This document shows positions 25,295 through 35,896 of a DNA stretch of 64,000 nucleotides, one piece after another. This DNA is from Fimbriimonadia bacterium. GTDB taxonomy: Bacteria > Armatimonadota > Fimbriimonadia > Fimbriimonadales > JABRVX01. The DNA lies in NCBI GenBank assembly GCA_041483895.1, contig JBGPGO010000007.1, positions 128,001-192,000 on the forward strand, given 5' to 3'. The notes below the pieces were generated by a model. It saw only the letters and a program-made list of their open reading frames with translations, searched no databases and was not told where the DNA came from. The position numbers were made by a program, and so were the translations under genes. Every line of letters begins with the position of its first letter. The first letter of the stretch is position 1.

Positions 25295-27501
25295 GCTTCT
25301 CCCCCATCTTCCCCCTTCTGCAGGTGATCGTATTTGGTTTGATCGCTGTCGGCATTGCGTTTGCGCTGTATCGAAGGGATGAAAGAGTCGGCCCGCGCTC
25401 GCTCGTACTCGCCGTTCTGCGCGCGGTCGCGGTAGCGGGGATCTTCATGCTGCTGCTGAACCCAATTCTCTCGCGCCCGGAAGACCAGCCGACCGGCAAG
25501 CCGCCGCTGATGGTGCTGGTGGATACGTCTCACAGCATGGCGGTCAAGGATGTCGGGACTGGCAGTCGCTTCGATGCGGCAAAGCGTCAGGTTTTCGACA
25601 ACCAGCCCCTCCTCCGCGCCCTGTCGCGCAAATACACGCCGATCTTTTTCCGATTGGATTCCGATGCCACGAGACAAGACCCGACTGCGCTGGATAAGCT
25701 GGAGAATCCCGATGGTACGCGGACGTGCATCGGCGAGGGCATCGCGCATGCCCTCAGCGCCGCGGGGGATTCGCGCATGGGTGGCATCTTGCTGCTTTCC
25801 GACGGGCGCAACAACGGCGACCTCAGCCCCGCCGATATCGCCAAGCAGGCCAAAATGCGAAAGTTTCCGGTCTTCACCGTCTGCCTCGGTCAAAAGTCGA
25901 ACACGAAAGACGTTGGCGTCGCCGTCCGACGATCGCAGGTGTACGCCGCCCCGGATCAGGAGGTGACGATTGACGCGGACATCACCTGCAGCGGATACGG
26001 GTCTGCGCAGGCTCAGGTCCAGCTCCTCCGGGACGGCAAGCTGATGGCAAATCGGACGGTGGGGATCAGCGACAGCGCCCATTCCAACGTCAGCTTTCCC
26101 GTCAAGGAGTCGCAAAAGGGTCTTTATCGGTATTCCATTGTTGTCCAGAAGCTGCCGGGCGAGGTGATTGCCAGCAACAACAGGGCCTCCGCCCTTGTCA
26201 ACGTGCTCAAAGCCAACACCCGAGTCCTGGTCCTCGAAGGCAGGCCGACCTGGGACGCCAAGTTCCTGATCCAGGCGCTCCACTCCGATCCGAGCGTGCA
26301 ATTGGATGCGATCTTCAAGCTGACCGACACTCGGTTCTTTGCGGTGCGCGCCGCCGAGACCGGCGAGACTACCTCCGCAAGCATGAAGATGCCCACCTCC
26401 CCCGCCGAGCTTGCGAAATATGACGTGATCATCATCGGCAAGGGGTTTGAGGAGTTCTTTACCGACGCGACCGCCGATTCGATCCGCACCTACGTTACGG
26501 AAAGCGGCGGCAATCTAATTTTGTTCCGGGGTAAGGCGGAGGATCGTTCGACGACCCTCGCATCGTTGGAGCCCGTGACATGGAGCGACGATCAGGTGCG
26601 CGATTTCCGCATGAAGCTGACCGCCGACGGACTCACGAATCCGGCCTTCACATTCAATGGCGAGGGCGATTCTGAAACCATTGTCCAGGCCCTCCCGACG
26701 CTGATCTCCGCGACAAGGGTGGAGAAGGAGAAGGCGCTCTCGGTGGTCCTTGCCCGCGCAAACGGCGTTGCGAACGCCGGCCAGCCGAACAAAGAGATGG
26801 CGGTGCTGGCGTATCAGGACTTCGGCACGGGTCTCGTGGTTTCACTCATCGGCCAGGGGCTCTGGCGATGGGCTCTGCTACCGCCGGAGCTGGCCAAGTA
26901 CTCGAAATGTTATAGCGATTTTTGGACCCAGCTCATTCGGTGGCTGGTCAGTCGCTCCGACTTCCTGCCGGGCCAAAACGTCTCGCTGAAAACCGACCAC
27001 CTGAACTATTCCCCCGGCGAGGCCGTCAACCTGATGGCCTTCGTCCGCGGAAAGAAGCCGGACTCGCTGGCGCCTGTCTCGATCACGGGCCCGGACGGCC
27101 AGCCGGTGAAGGTGTCGCTCAGCAAGGCGGGCGGCAAACAGGCGGATTTCCTCGGAGTTTTCCGGCCAAAGGCGCCGGGCGACTACATCGCGACGCTGGC
27201 GACGCAGACCCGGAGCGGGGGCCAGATCACCGTCCCGTTCGCGGTGTTTGAGCGGCGCGAAGAGGACCTGAATACGTCGGCCGATCCGGGGCTGATGCGA
27301 CAGATCGCGATGGCCGGCGGCGGCGAAGAGCTGACGCTTGACCAATTGAACGGTCTGCCGGCCAAATTAAAGGAAGCGCAGGCCCTGCTTGTGACGAAAA
27401 CGGAGCCGCAAAGCGCCTGGGATCGATGGTGGGTGCTGGCAATCATCCTTGGTATCCTCAGCGCGGAATGGATCCTGCGGCGAAGAATGGGTATGGTGTA
27501 A
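25291..27501 (+). CDS. vWA and glutamine-amidotransferase-like membrane protein
   Basis: DTSHSM, LLSDG, VLVLEGRPTWD, GLWRW and C-terminal EWILRRRMG. Confidence 0.82.
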   Translation: MSFSPIFPLLQVIVFGLIAVGIAFALYRRDERVGPRSLVLAVLRAVAVAGIFMLLLNPILSRPEDQPTGKPPLMVLVDTSHSMAVKDVGTGSRFDAAKRQVFDNQPLLRALSRKYTPIFFRLDSDATRQDPTALDKLENPDGTRTCIGEGIAHALSAAGDSRMGGILLLSDGRNNGDLSPADIAKQAKMRKFPVFTVCLGQKSNTKDVGVAVRRSQVYAAPDQEVTIDADITCSGYGSAQAQVQLLRDGKLMANRTVGISDSAHSNVSFPVKESQKGLYRYSIVVQKLPGEVIASNNRASALVNVLKANTRVLVLEGRPTWDAKFLIQALHSDPSVQLDAIFKLTDTRFFAVRAAETGETTSASMKMPTSPAELAKYDVIIIGKGFEEFFTDATADSIRTYVTESGGNLILFRGKAEDRSTTLASLEPVTWSDDQVRDFRMKLTADGLTNPAFTFNGEGDSETIVQALPTLISATRVEKEKALSVVLARANGVANAGQPNKEMAVLAYQDFGTGLVVSLIGQGLWRWALLPPELAKYSKCYSDFWTQLIRWLVSRSDFLPGQNVSLKTDHLNYSPGEAVNLMAFVRGKKPDSLAPVSITGPDGQPVKVSLSKAGGKQADFLGVFRPKAPGDYIATLATQTRSGGQITVPFAVFERREEDLNTSADPGLMRQIAMAGGGEELTLDQLNGLPAKLKEAQALLVTKTEPQSAWDRWWVLAIILGILSAEWILRRRMGMV

Positions 27502-27505
27502 TGCA

Positions 27506-30346
27506 ATGATCCGATCGCACGTTTTCCCTGTGACCAACCTCAGAGCGGCCCTCCTGAAGACCGCCGGCCGCATCCGCGAGACCACCGTCCGCGAGGCATC
27601 CTACGGACTCGCTTGGCGCTGGCTTGCCATGCTCGGCGGCCTGTTCCTTCTGGACCTGATGTTCGCATTGCCGGTCTGGCTGCGATGGGCGGGGCTGCTC
27701 GGGCAGGGATGGTTCGTGTATCGTGGCGTGCAGGAGATTCGCCGGTCGGGGCATCGTGCGAAATTGGAAGATCAGCGGGCGGCCCGCGTCGTCGAGGAGA
27801 GCCATCCGGAGCTGGATAACGCGCTGATCAATGCGGTGCAATTTGAAGACAAGATCGACGCCGCTCCTGAAGCGCAGGCCCCGTTGATGCGGCGCGAAAT
27901 TGAACGGGCGGAGTCGGCGATTGCCGGCGTTTCGCTCGAGGAGACGGTGTCACGGGACGGGGAGCGGCGGTCCTTCCGAAAGATGGCGGGTTTCGCGGGC
28001 GTGTGGCTGCTTGTGGCGGTTCTGTTCCCTGGGGCGTTCTTTGCCGTCATGCCGCGTCTGTTCGCGCCATGGCTGGACGATATCACTCCGCCGTTTTCAT
28101 TGACCAAATTCGACGTGATGCCGCACGGCGCGTCGGTCCGATTCGGCGACCCGCTCACTTTGAACATCTCGGTCTCCGGCCCCATTCCGGACAACATCGT
28201 CTTGATGACCCGGACGAAGGATACCGATTGGCGCAGCGTGGCGCTTGAAAGCACCGAAGCAGGCCATTACGCGGTCACGCTCGATTCGCTGCGAGAGGAC
28301 ACATGGTACTGCGCGCAGGGTGGCGGCGCGCGCAGCGCCCGATGGCTGGCGAAAGTGATCCTCCCGCCTACCGCCGAATCCATCACGGCCTCCTACGTCT
28401 ATCCGCGCTACGTCAACCGCCAATCCAACACGGAAACCGTCGGGGATGCGGGAATTCACGCTCTGTTCAACACGGATGTTCGGCTGAAGATCAGCGCCAA
28501 TCGCGACCTCAGCGGCGGCACGCTGACCCTGACCTTTGCGGACGGAGAGACCGAGCGCGTGGACGTGCTGGTCGATCCGAAAAGTCATCGCCAGGCGATC
28601 ACAACGTTCCGCCTCACCCGCTCCGGCAAATTCACGTTGATGCTGGCCGGCGACGACAACCAGGTCAATCCGGAGGCGGCGAAGGGCAAGCTGACGGTCG
28701 AGCACGATCAGCATCCGACGGTTTGGATCGACGCGCCCGGCCAAGAGCTTCTCGTCACGCCGGAAATGAAACTCGCCATCGGCGTGGAGGCCGAGGACGA
28801 TGTCGGGGTTCAGACGCTGGAAATCCATCGCACGATCAACGACCTTGCGGACACGCAGGACATCCTCCACAATGGCCCGCCGCTCAAGAAGGTCGGCAGC
28901 CGGCTGGTGATGGACCTGGCCGATCTCGGCGTTCGGCCCGGAGACCAGATCACCTACTATGCCGCCGCCTACGACAACGATCCGGGGCGGCCGAACTACG
29001 CCGAAACCGATCCGTACAAGCTGAAGGTGGTATCGAAAGAGGAGTATATCAAGGCGCTCAAGGATCAGCAGGACGCGGAGCGACTGAGCAAAGACATGCA
29101 GGACATTGTCGAAGCGACCCAGGAACTGGCCAAGCAGCAGCGCGAGCTCGCGGAAAAGATGCAGAAAATCAAGAACGAATTGGCCAAGAAGCCCGGCGAT
29201 GCAGCCTTGCAAAAGCAGCTTCAGCAGGCACAGGCGGAACAGAAGGAATTGCAACAGGCCGCGCAAGAATTCGCCGACCAGCTCAGCGCCTACGCCAAGT
29301 CGCCGAGCAACTCCGATTTGGAGGCCGCGTTGAAAAAGAAGATCGGCGAGATGTCTCAGAAGATCGGGCAGGCGGCGCAAGGGCCGATGCAGCAGGCACA
29401 GAGCGGGACCCCGGGCGAGGCCGCGGATGCCGCCAAGAAGGCCGCCGAAATGCTGAGCCAGGTGAACGGCCAGATGCAGCAGCAGGTGGCCAAGAGCATC
29501 CAGAATTTGGAAAAGGTCGCGCCGCTCTTTAATGACGTCGAGCGATTCAAAGAGCTTTTGACTCGCCAAGGACAACTCGTTCTGCAGGCGCGCCAATTCC
29601 AGGATCGCGCCGCCACCGATGCGACGGCCAAGGCGCGCATGGATCATATCGCCACGGAGCAGGAGCAGATTCGACAAGAGCTTCAACAGCTCCAACAGGA
29701 TTTCCGCGCCCATGCCACCGCCGCGCAGAAAGATTTCCCCAAAGCCGCCGCGTCCGCGCGAAAGATCGCCGATGAGATCGGCCGCCGGCAGATCGCCAAT
29801 CTGATGCAGGCAGGGACAGACAAGTTCCACGAATACCAAGGACCGGAAGGATTCCAAAACGCCCAGCGCGCCCTCCAGGAGATGGAGGCGATGATGAGCA
29901 ATTGCCAAGCATGTCAGAGCAATTGTGAAGGGGAGCTCGACATCGCGCTGGGCCGGAGCCTCGGCCAATCCGGCCTCGGCGACAGCCTCTCGCAGTGCAT
30001 GGGAAACAGTCCCGGCACGGGGCAAGGGGGTGGCAACGCATCCGGCCGCGGCGGGATGGGTGGCGGGTCGGTGGGGCAGACCGGTGGCGGCTATACGATG
30101 CGCGGTCCGATGGCATATGTTCCGTCCGTTCGCAGCTTAGGCGGCGCGGCGGGCGTCAAGCGCGCAAAGAATCCAAACGGGATGGCGCGAACGCCGGCGG
30201 AGCTTGCCCCCGACCATGTCGAGACCATGGGCTCCAATGTCAAGACGCCGCCAAAGGCATCCGACGCCGCGAATCGCGCATACCCGCCGGAATACCGCAA
30301 GATGATCAACGACTACTTCATCTCGGTCTCAAAGGAAAAGCGATGA
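27506..30346 (+). CDS. Large membrane-anchored coiled-coil protein (DUF4175-like)
   Basis: N-terminal TMs, LINAVQ, Ig-like middle with AEDDVG, Q-rich coils and PPEYRKMINDYF end. Confidence 0.8.
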   Translation: MIRSHVFPVTNLRAALLKTAGRIRETTVREASYGLAWRWLAMLGGLFLLDLMFALPVWLRWAGLLGQGWFVYRGVQEIRRSGHRAKLEDQRAARVVEESHPELDNALINAVQFEDKIDAAPEAQAPLMRREIERAESAIAGVSLEETVSRDGERRSFRKMAGFAGVWLLVAVLFPGAFFAVMPRLFAPWLDDITPPFSLTKFDVMPHGASVRFGDPLTLNISVSGPIPDNIVLMTRTKDTDWRSVALESTEAGHYAVTLDSLREDTWYCAQGGGARSARWLAKVILPPTAESITASYVYPRYVNRQSNTETVGDAGIHALFNTDVRLKISANRDLSGGTLTLTFADGETERVDVLVDPKSHRQAITTFRLTRSGKFTLMLAGDDNQVNPEAAKGKLTVEHDQHPTVWIDAPGQELLVTPEMKLAIGVEAEDDVGVQTLEIHRTINDLADTQDILHNGPPLKKVGSRLVMDLADLGVRPGDQITYYAAAYDNDPGRPNYAETDPYKLKVVSKEEYIKALKDQQDAERLSKDMQDIVEATQELAKQQRELAEKMQKIKNELAKKPGDAALQKQLQQAQAEQKELQQAAQEFADQLSAYAKSPSNSDLEAALKKKIGEMSQKIGQAAQGPMQQAQSGTPGEAADAAKKAAEMLSQVNGQMQQQVAKSIQNLEKVAPLFNDVERFKELLTRQGQLVLQARQFQDRAATDATAKARMDHIATEQEQIRQELQQLQQDFRAHATAAQKDFPKAAASARKIADEIGRRQIANLMQAGTDKFHEYQGPEGFQNAQRALQEMEAMMSNCQACQSNCEGELDIALGRSLGQSGLGDSLSQCMGNSPGTGQGGGNASGRGGMGGGSVGQTGGGYTMRGPMAYVPSVRSLGGAAGVKRAKNPNGMARTPAELAPDHVETMGSNVKTPPKASDAANRAYPPEYRKMINDYFISVSKEKR

Positions 30347-31014
30347 AAAAGACTCAGCGACTTCTCGCCCTTGCCGTGTTCCTTCCCCTCCTCGTGATGG
30401 GGCATCCGGGACCGGGCGCCGTTCAGGAGGGCGACAAAGTTAAATGCGCCAACCTGACCTACGCGATGAACAAGACATCGGTCTGCTTCAGCGATCGCTT
30501 CCTGCGCCGCCTGCAGCTTGAGACCAACATCCTGACGGAGCCGCGATTTATGAAGGCCCGCCTCGGAACCAATGAGGTGTTCGATTATCCGTTTTGCATC
30601 ATGACGGGCGAGGGGGGCTTTTCGCTAACGCCGAAGGAGAGGATCAACCTCAAGTATTACGTCACGCATGGCGGATTCTTGCTGGCATCCGCGGGATGCT
30701 CCGATCCCGAATGGACCAAGTCGTTTCGCGGCGAGATGGCCCGGATCTTCCCGGATCTCAAACTTAAATCGATTCCGCTCACTCACCCGATCTATCACAC
30801 CGTCTACGATATCAAATCCACCCAAACGATCCATGACCACCGCGGCGCGGTCTTGGAAGGCCTGTTTTACAACAACAAGATCGTCGTGCTCTTTTCCCAG
30901 GACGGCCTGAACGACACTTCCCATGCGGAGAACTGCTGCTGCTGTGGCGGTGATGAGCTGGATCAGGCGGAGTATTTCAACGTCAACATTCTCGGCTATG
31001 CGCTTCTCCACTAA
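30343..31014 (+). CDS. DUF4159 domain protein
   Basis: Signal peptide, YPFCIMTG, GGFL and HPIYHTVYDI; ATGA-coupled. Confidence 0.82.
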   Translation: MKKTQRLLALAVFLPLLVMGHPGPGAVQEGDKVKCANLTYAMNKTSVCFSDRFLRRLQLETNILTEPRFMKARLGTNEVFDYPFCIMTGEGGFSLTPKERINLKYYVTHGGFLLASAGCSDPEWTKSFRGEMARIFPDLKLKSIPLTHPIYHTVYDIKSTQTIHDHRGAVLEGLFYNNKIVVLFSQDGLNDTSHAENCCCCGGDELDQAEYFNVNILGYALLH

Positions 31015-32335
31015 GCTCGGAATCGCTTTGTGCTTTCCGCTATCGGCCCTTGTCACTGGTATGGTATTGGAGGGCTGCGGATCCGGGATGCCGGAGCGGT
31101 TGACTCTGTTCGTGTCGGGAGATAGCAGAGGGTATTTAGAGCCGTGCGGCTGCCGGATCGATCAGGCCGGTGGACTGCCCGGCCGAGCAGTCGCGATCGA
31201 GAAGGCAGGGGTGGGGGAGAAGCTGGTGGTGGACGTTGGAAACCTGACATCTGGCAGCCGATCCTACGAGCTGCTCAAGATGCGCTACCTCTTGGAAGGA
31301 ATGAAGGCGATCGGATACGACGCGGTCAACCTCGGCAAGAATGAGGCGCAACTCGATCGGGTGACGCTGAGCGACATGATGTCCCATTCTGGGCTGCCGT
31401 TTTTGTCGGCGAATGTATTGGATAAGAAGGATAAGACCCCGATTGCCGACCGCTATCGGATCATCCGCCGCGGTGCGCTGCGGGTCGGCGTCACTGGAGT
31501 CACGGAATGTGAGGCGCGCGACGCCGGGCCGGGCATCGAGGTCCGGCCGCCGATTGAAGCGCTGGCCGATGTCATCCCCGACCTGAAGGGCAAGTGCGAC
31601 TTCGTCGTCGTTCTTGCATTCGTTGACGAAGAAACCATCAAACAGATCGCGGAAAAGTTTCATGAAGTGGACTGCATTCTCGGCGGCGACGTCCCGCAAT
31701 CTTCGGGAACGGCCCAAACGATCAACCGCGCGATCGCGTTCAACGTCGTCGATCGCGGAAAGGTTTTGGGGCAGATCGATCTGGTGCGCAAGGGGGCCGG
31801 CTACTCGGTCGCATCATCCAAGGGGATAAGGATCGCGGCGGACAAAGTGAAGGGACCGCCCGCGATCGCCGACCTTCTCGCGCGATATAAAAATGAATTG
31901 CGCGAGCGAAGATTTGAATTGGCAAGCGCCGAAGGCATGGAGCGGATCGCCGGGCAAGAGACCACATCGGACGAGTTCGTCGGAGCGCAGGCCTGCCAGA
32001 GCTGCCACGCTTCATCTCTGCACGTCCTGCTTGCCTCCGCCCATAGTCACGCGCTCCAAACCCTGAAAGAGAAAAAGAGCGAATTCGATCCGGAATGCCT
32101 TCGCTGCCACACCGTCGGTTACGGTCTTTCCAGCGGCTACATAGACGAAAAGACGACGCCGCAACTGGCCGGAGTGCAATGCGAGAACTGCCACGGAAGA
32201 GCGAAAGAGCATATCGCAAAAGGGGTGAAAACGACGCTGAAGCCGGTGACCCCCGCAACCTGTGTAAACTGCCATGATGAGGAGAACAGCGCGAACTTCC
32301 GCTTTGCCACCTTCTGGCCGAAGATCGCGCACTGA
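30998..32335 (+). CDS. Lipoprotein with a metallophosphatase/UshA-like domain and a tetraheme c554-like cytochrome
   Basis: LEGC lipobox; GYLEPCGC..GGL; CQSCH, CLRCH, CENCH and CVNCH. Confidence 0.85.
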   Translation: MRFSTKLGIALCFPLSALVTGMVLEGCGSGMPERLTLFVSGDSRGYLEPCGCRIDQAGGLPGRAVAIEKAGVGEKLVVDVGNLTSGSRSYELLKMRYLLEGMKAIGYDAVNLGKNEAQLDRVTLSDMMSHSGLPFLSANVLDKKDKTPIADRYRIIRRGALRVGVTGVTECEARDAGPGIEVRPPIEALADVIPDLKGKCDFVVVLAFVDEETIKQIAEKFHEVDCILGGDVPQSSGTAQTINRAIAFNVVDRGKVLGQIDLVRKGAGYSVASSKGIRIAADKVKGPPAIADLLARYKNELRERRFELASAEGMERIAGQETTSDEFVGAQACQSCHASSLHVLLASAHSHALQTLKEKKSEFDPECLRCHTVGYGLSSGYIDEKTTPQLAGVQCENCHGRAKEHIAKGVKTTLKPVTPATCVNCHDEENSANFRFATFWPKIAH

Positions 32336-32340
32336 TAGCC

Positions 32341-33117
32341 ATGAAAATGATACCGATTCTGTGCCTGTTCCTTGCTGCCGCCGCTACAGCCCAAGTTCAC
32401 TGGGAGACTAGCTACGACCACGCCAAGCAGGTCGCCGATAAAGCCGGAAAGCCGCTCCTTGTTGACTTCGCGGCGTCCTGGTGCGGGCCATGCCGGATGA
32501 TGGACGAGCAGACCTTTAGCAACGCGAGCGTGAAATCTCTTCTCGCACGAACCATCTGCCTTCGGCTCGATGTGGATCAGCGCCCGCCGCTTGCCGCAAA
32601 GTTTGGCGTCAACTCCATCCCGCGCGTGGTCTTGCTGTCCACAACAGGCGTAACGATCATGGATATTCAGGGTTTTCATGACGCACAGTCGTTTTCGCAG
32701 GAGCTCAGTCGTGCGCTGGGAGTGAAAGCCGATGCCGCCGCACCGACTGAATCCCCCGAGGCAGTTAAGGTGCGTGAGGCGCTGCGAAATGGCACGTTCA
32801 GGCGACTGAAAGCCAGCGATCCGAAAACCGCCGCGCGCGGATTGGATCTGCTCGTGGCACAGCTTGGGGTCTTTGAGGAAGCGCAATATCGTCCGATCGC
32901 GTCGCTGATCAAGAACGCGGGCAGGGATGCCATCCCCGCGCTCATCGCCGGGATGGGGCATAAGCATCTGGCGGTCCGCGTCGGCGCTTATCGGACGCTG
33001 CAGTCAATCCTTGGCGCCAAACGTGGCCTGCCGGTTTACAACCCGTGGGCGTCTGCCAAAGTTCGGCAGCAGCAGCTCGCCGCGTGGCAAAAATGGTGGC
33101 AGAATCAGAGCGGCTAA
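32341..33117 (+). CDS. Exported thioredoxin-family protein with a helical C-terminal domain
   Basis: Signal peptide, VDFAASWCGPC and SIP. Confidence 0.85.
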   Translation: MKMIPILCLFLAAAATAQVHWETSYDHAKQVADKAGKPLLVDFAASWCGPCRMMDEQTFSNASVKSLLARTICLRLDVDQRPPLAAKFGVNSIPRVVLLSTTGVTIMDIQGFHDAQSFSQELSRALGVKADAAAPTESPEAVKVREALRNGTFRRLKASDPKTAARGLDLLVAQLGVFEEAQYRPIASLIKNAGRDAIPALIAGMGHKHLAVRVGAYRTLQSILGAKRGLPVYNPWASAKVRQQQLAAWQKWWQNQSG

Positions 33118-35570
33118 TCCGCATAGCCGCCATATCGTTGACCCTGCCGCATCATGATCTTTGCGATTGCCATATCCGCCGTGCCGAACTTGGACGGCTT
33201 TGACGATTCCAGTTTCCATCCACCCGACTGCCGGAACTTCGCGAGGTACTCCTTGGGCATCTGGCCGCGCATATCGTATGGTGAGTAGTATGTTTGACTC
33301 CCCGCCATGGGCCGCCAGGACCAGTAATGCACCTCCGCCAAAGAGCGCGAATCGTTGAACAGGACAGGTCCGTCCTTTGTGAGTATCGTCATGCTGTCGT
33401 TCGCGGGGCCGCCGAACTGCAAAACGCGCATCCCGCCCAGATCGTCGACCCGCTTCATGTAGTCCTCTTCCGTTACGCAGATGACGCGCGCCGCCGCTCC
33501 GTGAAACTCCTGCCAAGACGGCTTGTCCAGCACGACGATGATCGGATCGCGGGCTTTGTCACCACCGAAGCAGGCGGTGAACACGGTTTGGAGAATCTCG
33601 CGTCGGTCGGCGTTCCCAGCGAGCGGTTTCCCCTCCGTCCCGTTCGGGGCAGGCGCCAGCGGGTTGGCGTCCTTTCCGTCCGGCGCTCCGTCTCCATCCG
33701 TGTCTTTCTTGCTTGGGTCCGAACCGAGGCGCTTCTCGATCCGGTCCGGCAGCCCGTCGCCGTCCGTATCTTGCCGCATCTCTTTCAGCGATAGTGTGAT
33801 TGGGGTCCGCAGTCCTTTGCTGACCGACTGCTGCAGCTTGCTGGACTTGCGGTACAGTTCCGACCGCCGTTCCGCCACTAGGCCGGAATCCCGCAGCGCC
33901 GCCTGCACACGCTGCAATTCTAGCGCGTCGGTCTTGTTGGGCGGCGATAGGACTACGCTGTCTCCGTCCACCGAAATCGTGCAGCTGCCCGCCTTGGGTC
34001 CACCGCCGTAGCTTGAATAGTTGGATCCCGCGACGTACTGTTTGCCGGAGAACAGAAACTCTTGCCATTTGCCTTCCCGTTCCCGCGCGAGCCAGAGGTC
34101 CATCGCGTTCCCCAATCTGGGACAGACGACAACCACCCATCGGTTGCCGTCGGGCGAGAGATTGGAAGCGACGGGTGATAGCGTGCCGGTTGGAGCGTCT
34201 TTTTCGCCATGAAAAACCGGTAGTTCGAATTCGCCGAGCGCGATCGTGCCGTTGGAGTCTGATTTGAAGGCGGTCAGATTCCCGGTGGCAACGAGACCTT
34301 GCCGGGCGGTGGCGCGGGCCTCATCCGACGCGTCCGGGCTGGTGGCGATCTCTCCCAGCGCTTCCATTCCGGCTTTCGTGCCCTTCCTCGCGATCGCGGC
34401 GGCGCATTTGGAAAGGAGAAGCGCGGCCATGCCCTTTTGCTTGGGATTCGTTGTGTGCATTGCGCGTTTGGCGAAGTTCGCGATGGCTGCGTCCGCCGTG
34501 GGAAGGTCCATGATTTCCAGTACCCGCAAGGCAGCGTCGGCAGCCGGCGGCTTCGCAACGTCGAGAAATCCGGCAAGTGTGGGAACGGCGGCGTCTCCGA
34601 AAAGGCCGAGCGTCGAGAAGGCGTCGTTCGTCTCTTCTCGCAACGGCGGAATCTCGGTGGGAGATTCTACTTCCGCACCGGGTGATGCGCCGGAGCGGCC
34701 CGCGTAGGACGAAAACCCTTCCGCAGAAATCTCCGGGCTCCCATCGATCTTCGCCTTTAGGGCGGCGATCTTGTCGGATATCTTCTTCGGATCGGTCAGC
34801 CGCGATAGCTTCCAGGTCCCACTCTTGTAGGCCGCCTCCCCGCCGAAATAGTCCGCGAGCCGCACCATCAGCTCCTCCAGCCCAATGCGGTCCACCACTT
34901 TGAACTGCAGCATCGCGCGGTGGGTCTGCTGGCTATAGGCGCCGGAATAGGACCGACGGGAGGCTTCTCCATACATCAATGAAAGCACGCCGCCGCCTTC
35001 CTCCTCCGGCTTGGTTTCGCGGCCAAGGAGGTTTTGGCGAAGGGTCAGCAACTGTGGATCGGCATCAATTTTGATCTGCCAGGTTGAGCTCATGGCCGTC
35101 ACCATCTGGCCGGCCGTCTCCGCGAAGATTCCAAATCCGGTGATCCCGTCCGGCGGCGACTTCTCTATCGCATGCAGCTCTTTTTCCGGGCCGAAGTACA
35201 GGAGAACATATTCCTTCCCCTGTTTCCAGGCAATCGGGGATTTCTTTGCGCACGTCTCTAGAACCTGCTGGACGGACTGCGCTTGGGGCGTGTAGGCCGG
35301 CGTCCATTTAACTTCGTCGAGCGGCTTGGGCGCGAACACGACCCAGCAGCCGCCGGCCGATTGGGCCATCGCAGCCGCCAGAGACAGCGGCTCGCCCGTC
35401 CGGCCCGTGCCGACCCAGGACGAAATGTCGAACGGCCGGGACAGATCGGCGTCGTGCGAAACATTCTCTGCTGATGCATTTGTGCCCGGCTTTGCCGCAT
35501 GGCGGCAGGACGGCAACGCTAGCAGCAATACTATGATCGCAACCCAAAACTGGAATCGACTTCGCGACAT
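33114..35570 (-). CDS. Hypothetical lipoprotein with a HEAT-like segment and Ca-binding DxDGDG repeats
   Basis: LPSC lipobox; DTDGDGLPDRIEKRLGSDPSKKDTDGDGAPDG. Confidence 0.75.
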   Translation of the reverse strand: MSRSRFQFWVAIIVLLLALPSCRHAAKPGTNASAENVSHDADLSRPFDISSWVGTGRTGEPLSLAAAMAQSAGGCWVVFAPKPLDEVKWTPAYTPQAQSVQQVLETCAKKSPIAWKQGKEYVLLYFGPEKELHAIEKSPPDGITGFGIFAETAGQMVTAMSSTWQIKIDADPQLLTLRQNLLGRETKPEEEGGGVLSLMYGEASRRSYSGAYSQQTHRAMLQFKVVDRIGLEELMVRLADYFGGEAAYKSGTWKLSRLTDPKKISDKIAALKAKIDGSPEISAEGFSSYAGRSGASPGAEVESPTEIPPLREETNDAFSTLGLFGDAAVPTLAGFLDVAKPPAADAALRVLEIMDLPTADAAIANFAKRAMHTTNPKQKGMAALLLSKCAAAIARKGTKAGMEALGEIATSPDASDEARATARQGLVATGNLTAFKSDSNGTIALGEFELPVFHGEKDAPTGTLSPVASNLSPDGNRWVVVVCPRLGNAMDLWLAREREGKWQEFLFSGKQYVAGSNYSSYGGGPKAGSCTISVDGDSVVLSPPNKTDALELQRVQAALRDSGLVAERRSELYRKSSKLQQSVSKGLRTPITLSLKEMRQDTDGDGLPDRIEKRLGSDPSKKDTDGDGAPDGKDANPLAPAPNGTEGKPLAGNADRREILQTVFTACFGGDKARDPIIVVLDKPSWQEFHGAAARVICVTEEDYMKRVDDLGGMRVLQFGGPANDSMTILTKDGPVLFNDSRSLAEVHYWSWRPMAGSQTYYSPYDMRGQMPKEYLAKFRQSGGWKLESSKPSKFGTADMAIAKIMMRQGQRYGGYAD

Positions 35571-35702
35571 TTCCCCACTCCTTCACCCGCCAAGAACGTA
35601 AGCTATTCTACGCTAAATGAGCCGTCTCGCTGACAACAACTTGAAGCGTGTCTGCTTTCCTCGGCTTCTAACCATGTCGCCCGACGAAATTTCAATTGCC
35701 GG

Positions 35703-35731
35703 TTGACACGCCGGATTCTTGATGCTATAAT
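35703..35731 (+). promoter_or_regulatory. Consensus sigma70 promoter of the leu operon
   Basis: TTGACA-17bp-TATAAT with extended TG. Confidence 0.88.
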
Positions 35732-35741
35732 GCTTCCCAAT

Positions 35742-35864
35742 ATGTTCTCTGGCGGAATCACAAGGATCGCGTTCAAGGGCCTCGACCGCATTGCGGCGGT
35801 TGAGGGCGTTTCGCTTGCGCTTATTCTTGGGCTTCCATTGGTCCTTATTCTTGGGCCAACCTAA
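35742..35864 (+). CDS. Leu/Ile/Val-rich attenuator leader peptide (40 aa)
   Basis: MFSGGITRIAFKGLDRIAAVEGVSLALILGLPLVLILGPT; six CTT codons clustered before the stop. Confidence 0.75.
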   Translation: MFSGGITRIAFKGLDRIAAVEGVSLALILGLPLVLILGPT

Positions 35865-35896
35865 CGCCGGGAACAGCGCACAAATTTCACAACTTT

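Noticed and set aside
28097..30025. 642-aa minus-strand ORF and similar long antisense ORFs (18820-19938, 21259-22278, 25204-26301)
   Set aside because: Mirror frames of real GC-rich genes with no recognisable motifs.
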